The notes under the pieces are model-generated. The model saw only the letters and a program-made list of their open reading frames with translations, had not been told where the DNA came from and made no database searches. A stretch of 63,770 bases of DNA, filler included. It is 5 parts of 5 records of this genome, joined end to end, with 100 filler letters (N's around TTAATTAATTAA, not from the genome) between each part and the next. Parts side by side here need not be neighbours in the genome. Positions count along the whole stretch, not along the records: positions 1 to 13,657 come from SRR20825019_752; 4 more parts are not named here. One strand, 5' to 3'. The translations under genes and the position numbers were made by a program. Shown here in pieces: positions 1 through 9,864 of the stretch; the stretch's first letter is position 1; every line of letters starts with the position of its first letter.

Positions 1-393
1 GGTGGCGTTCATGTCGTTGTCGATCGCCTGCTTGCCGCAAAGGACGAGGCCCGGCTTTTCTTCCTTCACCACGGCCGCCAGCAGCTTGGCCACGGCCAAG
101 GGCTCGATGTCCACATGCAGGTTGTCCGTCGCCTCGATCAGGATGGCGCGGTCGGCCCCCATCGCAAGCGCGGTCCGCAGCGTTTCCTGGGCCTGCTTGA
201 CGCCGATGGAGACGACCACGACCTCGGTCGCGATGCCCTTCTCCTTCAGACGGATCGCCTCTTCCACGGCAATCTCGTCAAAGGGGTTCATCGACATCTT
301 CACATTGGCCAGATCGACACCCGTGCCATCCGCCTTCACGCGGACCTTCACGTTGTAGTCGATCACCCGTTTGACAGGCACCAGAACCTTCAT
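1..393 (-). CDS. etfB: Electron transfer flavoprotein beta subunit (3' end cut by window edge)
   Basis: Not in the ORF track. Manual translation from ATG at 393 gives [53 protein letters not shown]...[12 protein letters not shown], the canonical EtfB N-terminus. Confidence 0.95.
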   Translation of the reverse strand, partial: MKVLVPVKRVIDYNVKVRVKADGTGVDLANVKMSMNPFDEIAVEEAIRLKEKGIATEVVVVSIGVKQAQETLRTALAMGADRAILIEATDNLHVDIEPLAVAKLLAAVVKEEKPGLVLCGKQAIDNDMNAT

Positions 394-461
394 GGGAGAG
401 CTTCCTTTCTCACATCCCCTGTCCGCCCGGTCGTGCTGGGCGGACAGGGCAGTCATGTGCG

Positions 462-1217
462 TCAGTTTGCGGTGTAGCCACCGTCCACGACGATCTCGGC
501 GCCATGGACGAACGAGGCTTCGTCCGAAGCAAGGAACAGCACCGCGTTCGACACTTCCTCGGGCTTGCTCGGACGCTTGAGGAGCGTGCAGCCCAGGATC
601 GCCTGCCGCGTGGCCGGATCGGCGTGCAGCAGATCCTTGGTCATCGGCGTGTCAATGACGCCGGGGTGGATCGAGTTCACCCGGATCCCGGTATCTGCCA
701 GATCGACGGCACAGGATTTGGTCAGCATCCTCACAGCACCCTTGGAACCGATATAGGCCCCGGCCATTGCCGCACCGACGATGCCGTAGATCGACGAAAT
801 GTTCACGATCGAGGCCTTGTCCGCTTCCTTCATCAGCGGCACGGCCGCGCGGATGCCCAGATAGACGCCCTTCACGTTGACGTTCATCGTCAGGTCGAAT
901 TCCTCGGGCGTTGTTTCGTGCAGGGGCTTCAAGATCAGCACGCCCGCGTTGTTGACAAGGATGTCCAGCCGCCCGGCCTTGGCACGCACAGTGGCAATGG
1001 CGTTGGCCCAGTCGGCTTCGCTTGCCACGTCATGCTTGATGAAGTCGGCCTTGCCACCTGCTGCCACAATGCCCTTGGCAACCGCCTCACCCGCCGCCAC
1101 GTCGCGGTCGGTGACGAAGACATGCGCGCCTTCCCGCGCCAGAAGTTCGGAGTGGGATTTGCCCATCCCCATTGCTGCGCCCGTCACGAGGGCGACTTTT
1201 CCCGATACACGTCCCAC
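462..1217 (-). CDS. chnA: SDR dehydrogenase, probable cyclohexanol dehydrogenase (ChnA-like)
   Basis: TGAAMGMG Rossmann motif, NNAG, YIGSK catalytic motif, IHPG. Lies directly downstream of the BVMO, so the substrate is inferred from context. Confidence 0.8.
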   Translation of the reverse strand: MGRVSGKVALVTGAAMGMGKSHSELLAREGAHVFVTDRDVAAGEAVAKGIVAAGGKADFIKHDVASEADWANAIATVRAKAGRLDILVNNAGVLILKPLHETTPEEFDLTMNVNVKGVYLGIRAAVPLMKEADKASIVNISSIYGIVGAAMAGAYIGSKGAVRMLTKSCAVDLADTGIRVNSIHPGVIDTPMTKDLLHADPATRQAILGCTLLKRPSKPEEVSNAVLFLASDEASFVHGAEIVVDGGYTAN

Positions 1218-1304
1218 AGACTCTCTCCCTTATTGCTGTGTGGTTTTCTTGGCGCATGGCGGGCCGGGCACAATCCTGCCCGGCCCGCCGCGCGTTCCGT
1301 AGCT

Positions 1305-2942
1305 TCAGGCGCTTGCCATCTCGCGGTCGAAGATCATGGTCTGGTAACCACCATCCTTCACCGCGTTGATCGCGTTGCGGTAATTGCCGATGCCCGCCAT
1401 GTAGAACATCACCGCGTTCTTCTTGCCGGGGATGTTCGCACCGAAGATCCAACTTTCGGCTTTCGGGAATAGGGTCATGTCCGCAATTGTCCGGCAGAGC
1501 GTGACCCATTCGTCCCGGGCGGCCTCGGTCGGCTCGATGGCCTTCAGGCCCTTGCCCTCCATCATCTCGATGGTGTCGGCGATCCACTCGACCTGCGTTT
1601 CGATGCTCGGCGGCAGGTTGGTGAAGGGGCCATTCGGGCCAAGGATCATGAAGAGGTTCGGGAAATCCGTCTCCATCATGCCCAGATAGCCCAGGGGGCC
1701 GTCCTTCCACTTGTCGCGCATGGTGACGCCGCCGCGGCCGCGCATGTCCATCTTGACGTAGTTGCCGTCCACCGCGTCAAAGCCAGTGGCGAAGATCACC
1801 ACATCCAGCTCATGCTCCGCGCCACTTTCCAGCCGGATACCGGTCGCGGTGAACTCGGCGATCGGGTCGGCCTTTACATCGGCGAGGGTGACGTTGGGCC
1901 GATTGTAGACCTCATAGTAGTTGTTCCCGCACAAGGGGCGCTTGGCATAGATGTCGCGCGGCGTCAGCGCCTTTGCGGTTGCGGGATCCTTCACGATTTC
2001 CTTGATTTTCTTCTTGATGAAGTCGGCAGCCGCGTCATTTGCGATCTGGCTGGTCGCAATGTCGCAGAACGTTCCAAACATGAAGTAGAAGCCGCCGCCG
2101 CGCTGCCATGCGGCCTCGAACACGCGTTCGCGTTCTTCAGGCGAAGCGGTTTCCGCAGGCACGGTGCTTTCCTCGAAGCCGAAGGCCACGACCGAGGATT
2201 TCACTTGTTTCCAGATGTCGTCGTAGTTGGCCTTTTGCTGGGCGATCGTCGCCTCGTCCTGGGGCGTGTTGCCGATCGGCACGACATATTGGGGCGAGCG
2301 CTGGAATACCGTAAGATGCCCGGCAATCGGAGCGGTCGCGGTGATGACCTGAACCCCGGTCGAGCCGGTGCCGATCACGCCGACGCGCTTGCCCTTGAGT
2401 TCGACACCCTCGGGCCAGTAGCCGGTGTGCAGCATCTGGCCCTTGAAGCTGTCAATGCCCTTGTATTTCGGCGTGTTCGTCGCGGACAGCAGGCCAAGCG
2501 CCGTGATCAAGTATTTCGCGGTGACCGTCTCGCCCTTGTCGGTTGTCACATGCCACAGCCCGGTTTCGTCATTGAAATGGGTCGCGGTGACACGAGTGTT
2601 GAACTGGAAGCTGCGGCGCAGGTCGTAGGTGTCTGCAACCTCGTTCATGTAGGCGAGGATTTCGGGCTGGGTAAGATAGCGGGTCTTCCAGCGACCCTTT
2701 TGCAAAAGCTCGCCGCTGAAGGAATAGCGGTAGACGAAGCTTTCGGTATCCGACAGCGCGCCGGGATAGCGGTTCCAGTACCAGGTGCCACCCACATCGC
2801 CTGCACTGTCGAAGGCCTTGACGTTCAGGCCCTGTTCATTGCGCAATTTGTAGACGGAATAGAGACCGCCGAAGCCCGCACCGATGACGACAGCATCGAA
2901 ATCGGCGCCCTTGGTCTTTGTGGTTTCAACAGATTTGGTCAT
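1305..2942 (-). CDS. chnB: Type I Baeyer-Villiger monooxygenase, cyclohexanone monooxygenase
   Basis: GAGFGG and GTGSTG dinucleotide-binding motifs, GGTWYWNRYPGALSD, BVMO fingerprint FKGQMLHTGYWP, C-terminal SWIFGANIPGK. Start placed at ATG 2942 after a GGAGGAG RBS. Confidence 0.92.
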   Translation of the reverse strand: MTKSVETTKTKGADFDAVVIGAGFGGLYSVYKLRNEQGLNVKAFDSAGDVGGTWYWNRYPGALSDTESFVYRYSFSGELLQKGRWKTRYLTQPEILAYMNEVADTYDLRRSFQFNTRVTATHFNDETGLWHVTTDKGETVTAKYLITALGLLSATNTPKYKGIDSFKGQMLHTGYWPEGVELKGKRVGVIGTGSTGVQVITATAPIAGHLTVFQRSPQYVVPIGNTPQDEATIAQQKANYDDIWKQVKSSVVAFGFEESTVPAETASPEERERVFEAAWQRGGGFYFMFGTFCDIATSQIANDAAADFIKKKIKEIVKDPATAKALTPRDIYAKRPLCGNNYYEVYNRPNVTLADVKADPIAEFTATGIRLESGAEHELDVVIFATGFDAVDGNYVKMDMRGRGGVTMRDKWKDGPLGYLGMMETDFPNLFMILGPNGPFTNLPPSIETQVEWIADTIEMMEGKGLKAIEPTEAARDEWVTLCRTIADMTLFPKAESWIFGANIPGKKNAVMFYMAGIGNYRNAINAVKDGGYQTMIFDREMASA

Positions 2943-3056
2943 GATACTCCTCCCAGAGCATGGCACTGCCGCCCCGCGAAAAGCGGGTGAAAGGCCGGTT
3001 GACTGTGATGATATTTGTTGCTGCCCCGCGCCAGCTGGCGGCGCGGGGCAGTCGGA

Positions 3057-3959
3057 TCAGAGGGCGCGATACCAAGCGGCGATGCGTGCCAGTTCCTGAT
3101 CGGCCTCGGGGGCGCGGCCCGACAGGGCCGGGAAGACGTGCTGCATCCCCGGCACCACCGAGAGTGCGACGTTCACGCCCTGCGACTTGGCCTTGGCGGC
3201 CAGCGACTCGGAATCGCTTTGCAGCGTCTCGGCCCCGCCGCAAGTGATGTAGAGCGGCGGGAAGCCGGTGAAATCGTTTTCCAGCGGGTTGGCCAGCGGG
3301 TTCAGCGGATCGGTCGCGCCGCCGAGGAACATGCCGGCCATCGCTTCAAGGATCGGCTTGCCGACCAGCGCATCGGTGGCGGCGTTGGTTTCCAACGTCT
3401 TGCCGCGCAGCGCCATGTCAAGCCAGGGCGAATAGGCGATGACCGCACCCGGAAGGGGCAGGCCAAGGTCGCGGAACTTCAGCACCGAAGCGATGGCGAG
3501 GTTGCCACCCGCGCTGTCGCCTGCAGTCAGAATGTTCCTCGCCTCGAACCCTTGGGCCAGCAGCGCTTTGTAAGCGGCCACGGCATCCTCGATCTGGGCG
3601 GGGAAGGGGTGTTCCGGCGCACGGCGATAGTGCAGAATGCAGGCGGTCACGCCCAGCACTTTAGCAAGATGGCCCGCCATCTTTCGGTGGCTGTCGGCCG
3701 AACCAACAGCAAACCCGCCGCCATGAGTATAAACGATCACGCGCTTGGCGTCGGCGCCCACGGGCAGGGCCCAGATCGCCTCGACCCCGCCGACATGGTC
3801 GCTCTTGTAGGTGACGTTCTCCGGTTCCAGCGCGGGCTGGCCCCATTCGTCGAACATGCTGCGCAGGTTGGCGATGGTCAGGCCGGGGTTCGCGACCATT
3901 TGGTCGGTCCAGCTCTGATAGAGCGCACGCAGTGTATCGGCTTCCTTGCTGATTGCCAT
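3057..3959 (-). CDS. chnC: Alpha/beta hydrolase (HSL family), probable caprolactone hydrolase (ChnC-like)
   Basis: HGGG oxyanion motif, GDSAGG nucleophile motif, C-terminal His (GMQHVF). Adjacent to the BVMO. GGAGGA RBS precedes ATG 3959. Confidence 0.8.
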   Translation of the reverse strand: MAISKEADTLRALYQSWTDQMVANPGLTIANLRSMFDEWGQPALEPENVTYKSDHVGGVEAIWALPVGADAKRVIVYTHGGGFAVGSADSHRKMAGHLAKVLGVTACILHYRRAPEHPFPAQIEDAVAAYKALLAQGFEARNILTAGDSAGGNLAIASVLKFRDLGLPLPGAVIAYSPWLDMALRGKTLETNAATDALVGKPILEAMAGMFLGGATDPLNPLANPLENDFTGFPPLYITCGGAETLQSDSESLAAKAKSQGVNVALSVVPGMQHVFPALSGRAPEADQELARIAAWYRAL

Positions 3960-4078
3960 TTTATCCTCCAATGGTGGTGTTCCTGCCTTTCCTCGCCTCC
4001 GTCCGATCCTCCATCGGCACAGGGGGGCACGGAATATCCCTGATCACGAGACGCTACAGCCATTGGCGGTACCGCGTA

Positions 4079-4115
4079 TTGAACGTGCTTGCTTGCCGCG
4101 TAGCATCTTCTTGCT
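4079..4115 (-). promoter_or_regulatory. Candidate AraC-family (ChnR-like) tandem binding site upstream of chnC
   Basis: Imperfect 15-nt direct repeats on the minus strand, AGCAAGAAGATGCTA and AGCAAGCACGTTCAA, spaced 22 nt apart in the chnC upstream region. Confidence 0.4.
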
Positions 4116-4166
4116 GTTTCGCGCCCCCAGTGCGGCGCGGGGGCGGTCCGGGCTGGGGCGCGGGGA

Positions 4167-6242
4167 TCAGGCGTTGGCCTTGGCGGCGTTCAGGCTGTCC
4201 AGGGTCAGCCCCTTTGCGGCCAGACGCGCCAGCAGCGGCGGCACCGCCCATCCCTGCGGATCGGCCGTGGCCAGCGCCGCATAGCGCGCCAGCAGGTCTT
4301 TCGCCCCAAGGCTGTCGGCATGATGCATCAACCCGCCGCGCCAGCGCGGAAAGCCGTAGCCATGCACCAGCGCCAGGTCGATGTCCTGCGGCCGTTCGGC
4401 GATGCCTTCGTCAAGGATGGCACAGGCCTCGGCGATCATCGCCAGGGTGATCCGCTCGACGATCCCCTCTGCGGTAAAGCTGCGCCGCGTCTTGCCCGCT
4501 TCGGCCGAGACCCGGTGGATCTCCTCCGTCACCAGTGCCGACACCACGGGCTTGCCCTCTGCGCCGTAATCATACCACCCCGCGCCGGTCTTACGGCCAA
4601 GGCGCTTGTGATCCTCGACCAGCCGTTCCACCAGCGGGACGTGACGCGGGGTGGCGCCAGCGTTCTGCCGCCGGATGTTGGCGTAAGCGATGTCCAGGCC
4701 GGACATGTCCTGCGCCTCATAAGGCCCCATCGCCATGCCGAAGCCCTGCATCGCGGCATCGATCTCGGCCGGCAAGGCGCCCTCGACCAGCAAGAGGTTC
4801 GCCTCCTGCCGGTAGCGCGTCAGGATGCGGTTGCCGATGAAGCCGTCGCACACACCCGACAGGACCGGAACCTTGCCTAACCGCCGTGCCAGCGCGAAAC
4901 CCGCGCCAAGTGTTTCGGGCGAGGTGCGCTCGCCCTTCACGATCTCCAAGAGCTTCATGACATGGGCCGGGCTGAAGAAATGCAGCCCGAGGAACCTCGT
5001 CGGGTTCTTTAGGTCATCGGCGAGGCGGTTCACGTCAAGGTATGAGGTGTTGGTGGCCAGGATGGTTTCTGGCGGCAGGGCGGCCTCAAGCTCGGCAAAG
5101 ATCGCGCGCTTGACGTCAAAATCCTCGAATGCCGCCTCGATGGCCAGATCGGCGGGTGGCAGGTTGTCGTATCCGGCTACGGTGGTCAGGCGGCCGTGAA
5201 CGGCTTCGCCGTCGATTGCAGACAGCGTGCCACGGGCGACCCCCTGATCAACCAGCTTGCGAAGATTGTCCTCGGCCCGCCCCGCCGCCGTCGCGTCACG
5301 CTCGACAATCGTCACCGCGATGCCTCCGGTTGCGAAGGCGTAGGCGATGGAGGCCCCCATGTTGCCGCCGCCGACGACAATGGCCGTCGCTATATCGCGC
5401 GCCGGTCTGGGATAGTCGCGCCCACGGTTGCCAGCCGCCCGTTCGGTAAAGAACACATGCCTGAGCGCGCGCGCCTGAGCCGAGGCGCGCAGGTCCAAAA
5501 ACGCCGCCCGTTCTCGCGCCAGCCCTTCGGCCAGCGGCAGCGTGGCACTGGCCGCGACCAGACCCACGGCGATTGGCGGCGCAATCTGGCCGGTCAGGCG
5601 CCGCTTCGCATGAGCCAGCATAGCGGCCACGGCGTCCTCATCCACTTGGGGCGCGGGTTGCTCGTCCGGCCCTCGCGCTGCGGCAAGTAGAGCGTCGTCA
5701 ATGGCCAGCGCGACTGCCAGCGGGTTGTCCGCAAGCTTGTCGACCAGCCCCAGCGACAGCGCCTTGCCTGCCGCGATGGCCTTGCCGGTCACGATCATGT
5801 CCAGCGCCGCCTTGACGCCGATCAGGCGCGGCAGCCTTTGCGTCCCGCCTGCGCCCGGAACAATGCCCAGAACCACCTCGGGCAGGCCAAGCTGCGCGCC
5901 GGGCGCGGCGATGCGGTATCGGCAGGCTAGCGCGATCTCCAGCCCGCCGCCCAATGCCGCCCCGTTGATCGCGGCGATCGTCGGGATCGCCAGCCCCGCA
6001 AGATGCAGCAGCACATCGTTCAGGTGCGGTTCGATCGGCGGCAGGCCGAACTCCCTCGCATCCGCACCCGCGACAAAGGTGTTGCCCGCGCCGGTGACGA
6101 TCAGGCGGGTCGCGCCCTGTGCCATCGCCGCGTCCATCCCACGCATCAGTCCCGCCCGAACCTCGGCACTGAGCAGGTTCAAGGGCGCATTGTCGAAGGT
6201 CAGGATGGCCGCGCCACCACTCAGGTTCAGATCAACGGACAT
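4167..6242 (-). CDS. Bifunctional enoyl-CoA hydratase / 3-hydroxyacyl-CoA dehydrogenase (FadB-like)
   Basis: Crotonase motifs AGAD, ALGGGLE and LGLPEVVLGIVPGAGGTQ. HCDH motifs GGGNMG, ATNTS, GLHFFSP and GFIGNR. Confidence 0.92.
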   Translation of the reverse strand: MSVDLNLSGGAAILTFDNAPLNLLSAEVRAGLMRGMDAAMAQGATRLIVTGAGNTFVAGADAREFGLPPIEPHLNDVLLHLAGLAIPTIAAINGAALGGGLEIALACRYRIAAPGAQLGLPEVVLGIVPGAGGTQRLPRLIGVKAALDMIVTGKAIAAGKALSLGLVDKLADNPLAVALAIDDALLAAARGPDEQPAPQVDEDAVAAMLAHAKRRLTGQIAPPIAVGLVAASATLPLAEGLARERAAFLDLRASAQARALRHVFFTERAAGNRGRDYPRPARDIATAIVVGGGNMGASIAYAFATGGIAVTIVERDATAAGRAEDNLRKLVDQGVARGTLSAIDGEAVHGRLTTVAGYDNLPPADLAIEAAFEDFDVKRAIFAELEAALPPETILATNTSYLDVNRLADDLKNPTRFLGLHFFSPAHVMKLLEIVKGERTSPETLGAGFALARRLGKVPVLSGVCDGFIGNRILTRYRQEANLLLVEGALPAEIDAAMQGFGMAMGPYEAQDMSGLDIAYANIRRQNAGATPRHVPLVERLVEDHKRLGRKTGAGWYDYGAEGKPVVSALVTEEIHRVSAEAGKTRRSFTAEGIVERITLAMIAEACAILDEGIAERPQDIDLALVHGYGFPRWRGGLMHHADSLGAKDLLARYAALATADPQGWAVPPLLARLAAKGLTLDSLNAAKANA

Positions 6243-6250
6243 GTTAGACC

Positions 6251-7747
6251 TCACTGGACCGGCGCGGAATTGCGCGAGATGAACTTGGTGGACAGGTAGC
6301 CGTCAAACGTCTCGGTCCCGCCTTCGCTGCCATAGCCACTGTCGCGTACGCCGCCGAACGGCGTTTCCGGCAGGGCGAGGCCGAAGTGGTTGATGCTGAC
6401 CATCCCCGCTTGCAAGCCTGCTGCTGCACGGTCGGCCCGTTCCAACGAATTGGTGAAGATGTAGGAAGCAAGGCCGAAGGGCAGGCCATTGGCGCGTGCC
6501 AACCCGTCCTCGATCTCGCGGAAGGGCGACACGACCGCGACCGGACCGAAGGGCTCGTCGCGCATCAGGGCGATGCTGTCGTCGGGCGTGTTGACGATCG
6601 TGGGCGCGTAGAAACTGCCGCTGTTGCCGATCCGGGTGCCCCCGGTCAGCACCTCGGCGCCGTTGTCGCGCGCATCGGCCACAAGCCTTTCCATCGCCGT
6701 CACCCGGCCCGCATGGCAAAGCGGTCCCATCTGCGTGCCCTCGGCCAGGCCGTCACCGACCTTCACGGCCTGAAACGCCGAGACCAGCTCCGCAAGGAAC
6801 CGCTCGTGAATGCCCGCCTGCACAAAGAATCGGGTGGGCGAGACGCAGACCTGCCCGGCATTGCGCAGCTTGTTGCCCGCCAGAGCCCGCGCTGCCGCTC
6901 CGGCATCCGCGTCATCGAAGACCAGCACCGGCGCGTGGCCGCCCAGTTCCATCGTGGCCCGCTTCATGTGCCGCCCGGCCAGCGCGGCTAGATGCTTGCC
7001 CACCTCGACCGACCCGGTGAAGGTGATCTTGCGCAAGACCGGATGCGCGATAAGCGTTTCCGAGATGAAGGCCGAGTTGCCCCAGACGAGGTTCAGGCAA
7101 CCCTCGGGCAGACCCGCCTCCTGCAGGAAGCGCGCGATGGCAAGGCAGCCTGCCGGGGCTTCGGCCGGGCCTTTCAGGATCATCGTGCAGCCCGACGCCA
7201 GCGCGGCGGCGACCTTTCGCACAGCCTGGCTCAGCGGAAAGTTCCAAGGGGTGATGGCAAGGCAGACACCCACCGGCTCGCGCACGACCAACTGCTGCAC
7301 CGTCGGATTGCGCGAAGGCACGATGCGGCCATAGATGCGGCGACATTCCTCGGCGTGCCAGTCGACGTGGTCGGCGGACGCGCGCACCTCGACCAGCGCT
7401 TCGGCTAGCGGCTTGCCTTCATCCAGCGTGATCCAGCGGGCGATCATCGCATCGTTTTGCCGCAGAAGATCGGCGAACCGGCGCAGGATCGCGCCACGAT
7501 CGGTGGGCGAACGGTCCTTCCAAGTGGCAAAGGCCGATTCGGCGTGGCGCACCGCACGCTCCAGATCCTCGGCCGTGGCCTGGGGAATTCGGCCAATCTC
7601 GACCCCGTTGGCCGGGTTGATGACCGCCCGATCGCCGGTAGTTGCACTCGCCAGCCAATCCTTGCCGATGAGGTGGCGGATTTGCGGGTAATCCAGATTA
7701 TTCATGATGTTCACGTCCTCGCTTGGCAGCGCCACCCGCTGTTCCAT
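6251..7747 (-). CDS. NAD-dependent aldehyde dehydrogenase (SSADH-like; candidate 6-oxohexanoate dehydrogenase)
   Basis: PWNFP, FTGS, MELGG, NAGQVC (catalytic Cys), EPFGP. Start could be 7747 or 7705. Confidence 0.88.
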   Translation of the reverse strand: MEQRVALPSEDVNIMNNLDYPQIRHLIGKDWLASATTGDRAVINPANGVEIGRIPQATAEDLERAVRHAESAFATWKDRSPTDRGAILRRFADLLRQNDAMIARWITLDEGKPLAEALVEVRASADHVDWHAEECRRIYGRIVPSRNPTVQQLVVREPVGVCLAITPWNFPLSQAVRKVAAALASGCTMILKGPAEAPAGCLAIARFLQEAGLPEGCLNLVWGNSAFISETLIAHPVLRKITFTGSVEVGKHLAALAGRHMKRATMELGGHAPVLVFDDADAGAAARALAGNKLRNAGQVCVSPTRFFVQAGIHERFLAELVSAFQAVKVGDGLAEGTQMGPLCHAGRVTAMERLVADARDNGAEVLTGGTRIGNSGSFYAPTIVNTPDDSIALMRDEPFGPVAVVSPFREIEDGLARANGLPFGLASYIFTNSLERADRAAAGLQAGMVSINHFGLALPETPFGGVRDSGYGSEGGTETFDGYLSTKFISRNSAPVQ

Positions 7748-7780
7748 TGATGCAAGCGGGATAAGGCGGGCAGCTTCTTT

Positions 7781-7807
7781 ATTCCGCTATGCGGAAAAAT
7801 ATTCCGC
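7781..7807. promoter_or_regulatory. Probable IclR-family operator
   Basis: Palindrome TTCCGC-TAT-GCGGAA (7782-7796) plus a third ATTCCGC half-site (7801-7807) in the divergent ALDH/IclR intergenic region. Confidence 0.6.
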
Positions 7808-7865
7808 AGTATTGACGTGGACCATATCTTTGCTTTAGAGATCATTCAATACGCAGCATCTGTCC

Positions 7866-8672
7866 TTGAGGAGGGACACCGTGAGGCCAAGGAAGGAGAA
7901 ACCCGAGGATGACGAACAGGACCGCGACTTCGTGGTGGCCTTGGCGCGCGGCCTGGAACTTCTGCGCGCCTTCCGGCGTGAGGGCGAGGCGCTGGGCAAC
8001 CGCGATCTTGCCGAACGCGCGGCGCTCAGCAAATCCACCGTCTCACGGCTGACCTACACGCTGCACAAACTGGGGTATCTCAGCTACAACCCAGACACCG
8101 CGCGCTACGTGTTGGCGCCCCCGGTGCTGTCACTGGGCTTTTCCTGCCTTGCTGGGATGCCCCTGCGGCAACTGGCCAAGCCTTACATGCAGGAACTCGC
8201 CGATTACACCGGGATGCCGGTGGCAATGGCCAGCCGCGACCGCCTGTCGATGGTCTATCTGGAACGCTGCAAGGGCACCAATGCGGTGACGCTCGCGATC
8301 GAAGTCGGCGCGCATATCAAGCTGGCCACCACCGCAGTCGGCCGGGCCTGTATCGCCGCCCACCCCGAGGACGAGCGCGCCCGGATGATCGACGAGGTGC
8401 GCGAGCACGAAGGCGAGAACTGGCCAAACGTCCAGCCCGGTATCGAAAAGGCGATCGAGGATTACCAGACCCGTGGCTACTGCACCTCCTATACCGAATG
8501 GAAGCGCGACGTGAACGCGGTGGCGGTGCCCTTCATCCCACGCGACGGCTCGCCCATCGTCGCCTTCAACTGTGGCGGCCCCTCGCAGACCCTGACGCGC
8601 GACTGGATCGAAAGTGATGTCGCGCCCCGCCTTATCAACGTTGTCCGCCACGTGGCGGCCGTAGCCCCCTGA
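7866..8672 (+). CDS. IclR-family transcriptional regulator (PcaR/PobR-like)
   Basis: FVVALARGLELLRAF HTH start, LSKSTVSRLTYTL, TAVGRA effector domain. Start is 7866 or 7881. Confidence 0.92.
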   Translation: MRRDTVRPRKEKPEDDEQDRDFVVALARGLELLRAFRREGEALGNRDLAERAALSKSTVSRLTYTLHKLGYLSYNPDTARYVLAPPVLSLGFSCLAGMPLRQLAKPYMQELADYTGMPVAMASRDRLSMVYLERCKGTNAVTLAIEVGAHIKLATTAVGRACIAAHPEDERARMIDEVREHEGENWPNVQPGIEKAIEDYQTRGYCTSYTEWKRDVNAVAVPFIPRDGSPIVAFNCGGPSQTLTRDWIESDVAPRLINVVRHVAAVAP

Positions 8673-8686
8673 CCCCAGAGAATACC

Positions 8687-9850
8687 ATGGCCCTAGACTC
8701 CGATACACTCGCCCAGTTCCTCGACGCGCTCGACCGCTTCGTCAAGGAACGCCTGATCCCGAACGAGGCGCTGGTCGCCGAAGAAGACGCGATCCCGCCC
8801 GCGCTGGTGCAGGAGATCCGGGAAATGGGCCTTTTCGGCATGTCGATCCCAGAGGAATACGGCGGCCTTGGCCTTTCCATGTCCGAAGAGGTGCAGGCCG
8901 CCTTCGTGCTGGGTCAGACCTCGCCGGTGTTCCGCTCACTGGTCGGCACCAACAACGGCATCGGGTCGCAGGGCATCATCATCGACGGCACCGCCGAACA
9001 GAAGGCGAAATACCTGCCCGCGCTGGCTTCCGGCGAAATGATCGCCTCCTTTGCGCTGACCGAACCGGATGCTGGGTCGGACGCAGGCAGCTTGCGCACC
9101 ACCGCCCGCCGCGATGGTGACCATTTCGTGCTGAACGGGACCAAGCGCTATATCACCAACGCGTCGCGCGCCGATGTCTTCACCGTTTTTGCCCGCACCA
9201 ATCCCGAGACAAAGGGATCGTCCGGCGTCAGCGCCTTCATCGTCGAGGCCGGAACGCAAGGCCTGTCGCTGGGCCAGCCCGACAAGAAGATGGGTCAGAA
9301 GGGCTCGCACACCTGCGACGTGATCCTTGAAGATGTCCGCGTCCCCGCCGCCAACATCATTGGTGGCCCGGCGCGGGAAAACCAAGGCTTCAAGACCGCG
9401 ATGAAGGTGCTGGACCGGGGGCGTCTGCATATCTCGGCAGTCTGCGTCGGGGCAGCCGAACGGCTGATCCGCGATGCGCTGGCCTATGCGATGGAGCGCC
9501 GCCAGTTCGGCGAACCGATTGCCGAAAAGCAACTGATTCAGGCCATGCTGGCAGACAGCCGCACCGAAGCCTTCGCCGCCCGCTGCATGATCGAGGAAAC
9601 AGCCCGGCGCAAGGACGCCGGGGCGAACGTGTCCACCGATGCCGCCTGCTGCAAGATGTATGCCTCGGAAATGGTGGGCCGGGTGGCCGACCGGGCGGTG
9701 CAGATCCACGGCGGCGCAGGCTACATGGCCGAATATGCCGTCGAACGCTTCTACCGCGATGTGCGCCTTTTCCGCATCTACGAAGGCACCACCCAGATCC
9801 AGCAGGTTCTGATCGCGCGGAACATGATCCGCGATGCTGCTGCCGCCTGA
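8687..9850 (+). CDS. Acyl-CoA dehydrogenase (DcaA-like)
   Basis: FALTEPDAGSD, NGTKRYITN, QIHGGAGY, RIYEGTTQIQ. Confidence 0.93.
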   Translation: MALDSDTLAQFLDALDRFVKERLIPNEALVAEEDAIPPALVQEIREMGLFGMSIPEEYGGLGLSMSEEVQAAFVLGQTSPVFRSLVGTNNGIGSQGIIIDGTAEQKAKYLPALASGEMIASFALTEPDAGSDAGSLRTTARRDGDHFVLNGTKRYITNASRADVFTVFARTNPETKGSSGVSAFIVEAGTQGLSLGQPDKKMGQKGSHTCDVILEDVRVPAANIIGGPARENQGFKTAMKVLDRGRLHISAVCVGAAERLIRDALAYAMERRQFGEPIAEKQLIQAMLADSRTEAFAARCMIEETARRKDAGANVSTDAACCKMYASEMVGRVADRAVQIHGGAGYMAEYAVERFYRDVRLFRIYEGTTQIQQVLIARNMIRDAAAA

Positions 9851-9864
9851 CCGAACCGGAGCCC

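Noticed and set aside
504..4043. Long + strand ORFs (504-1472, 1812-2990, 3015-4043)
   Set aside because: They are antisense shadows of high-GC genes with clear motifs on the minus strand, and have no recognisable motifs of their own.
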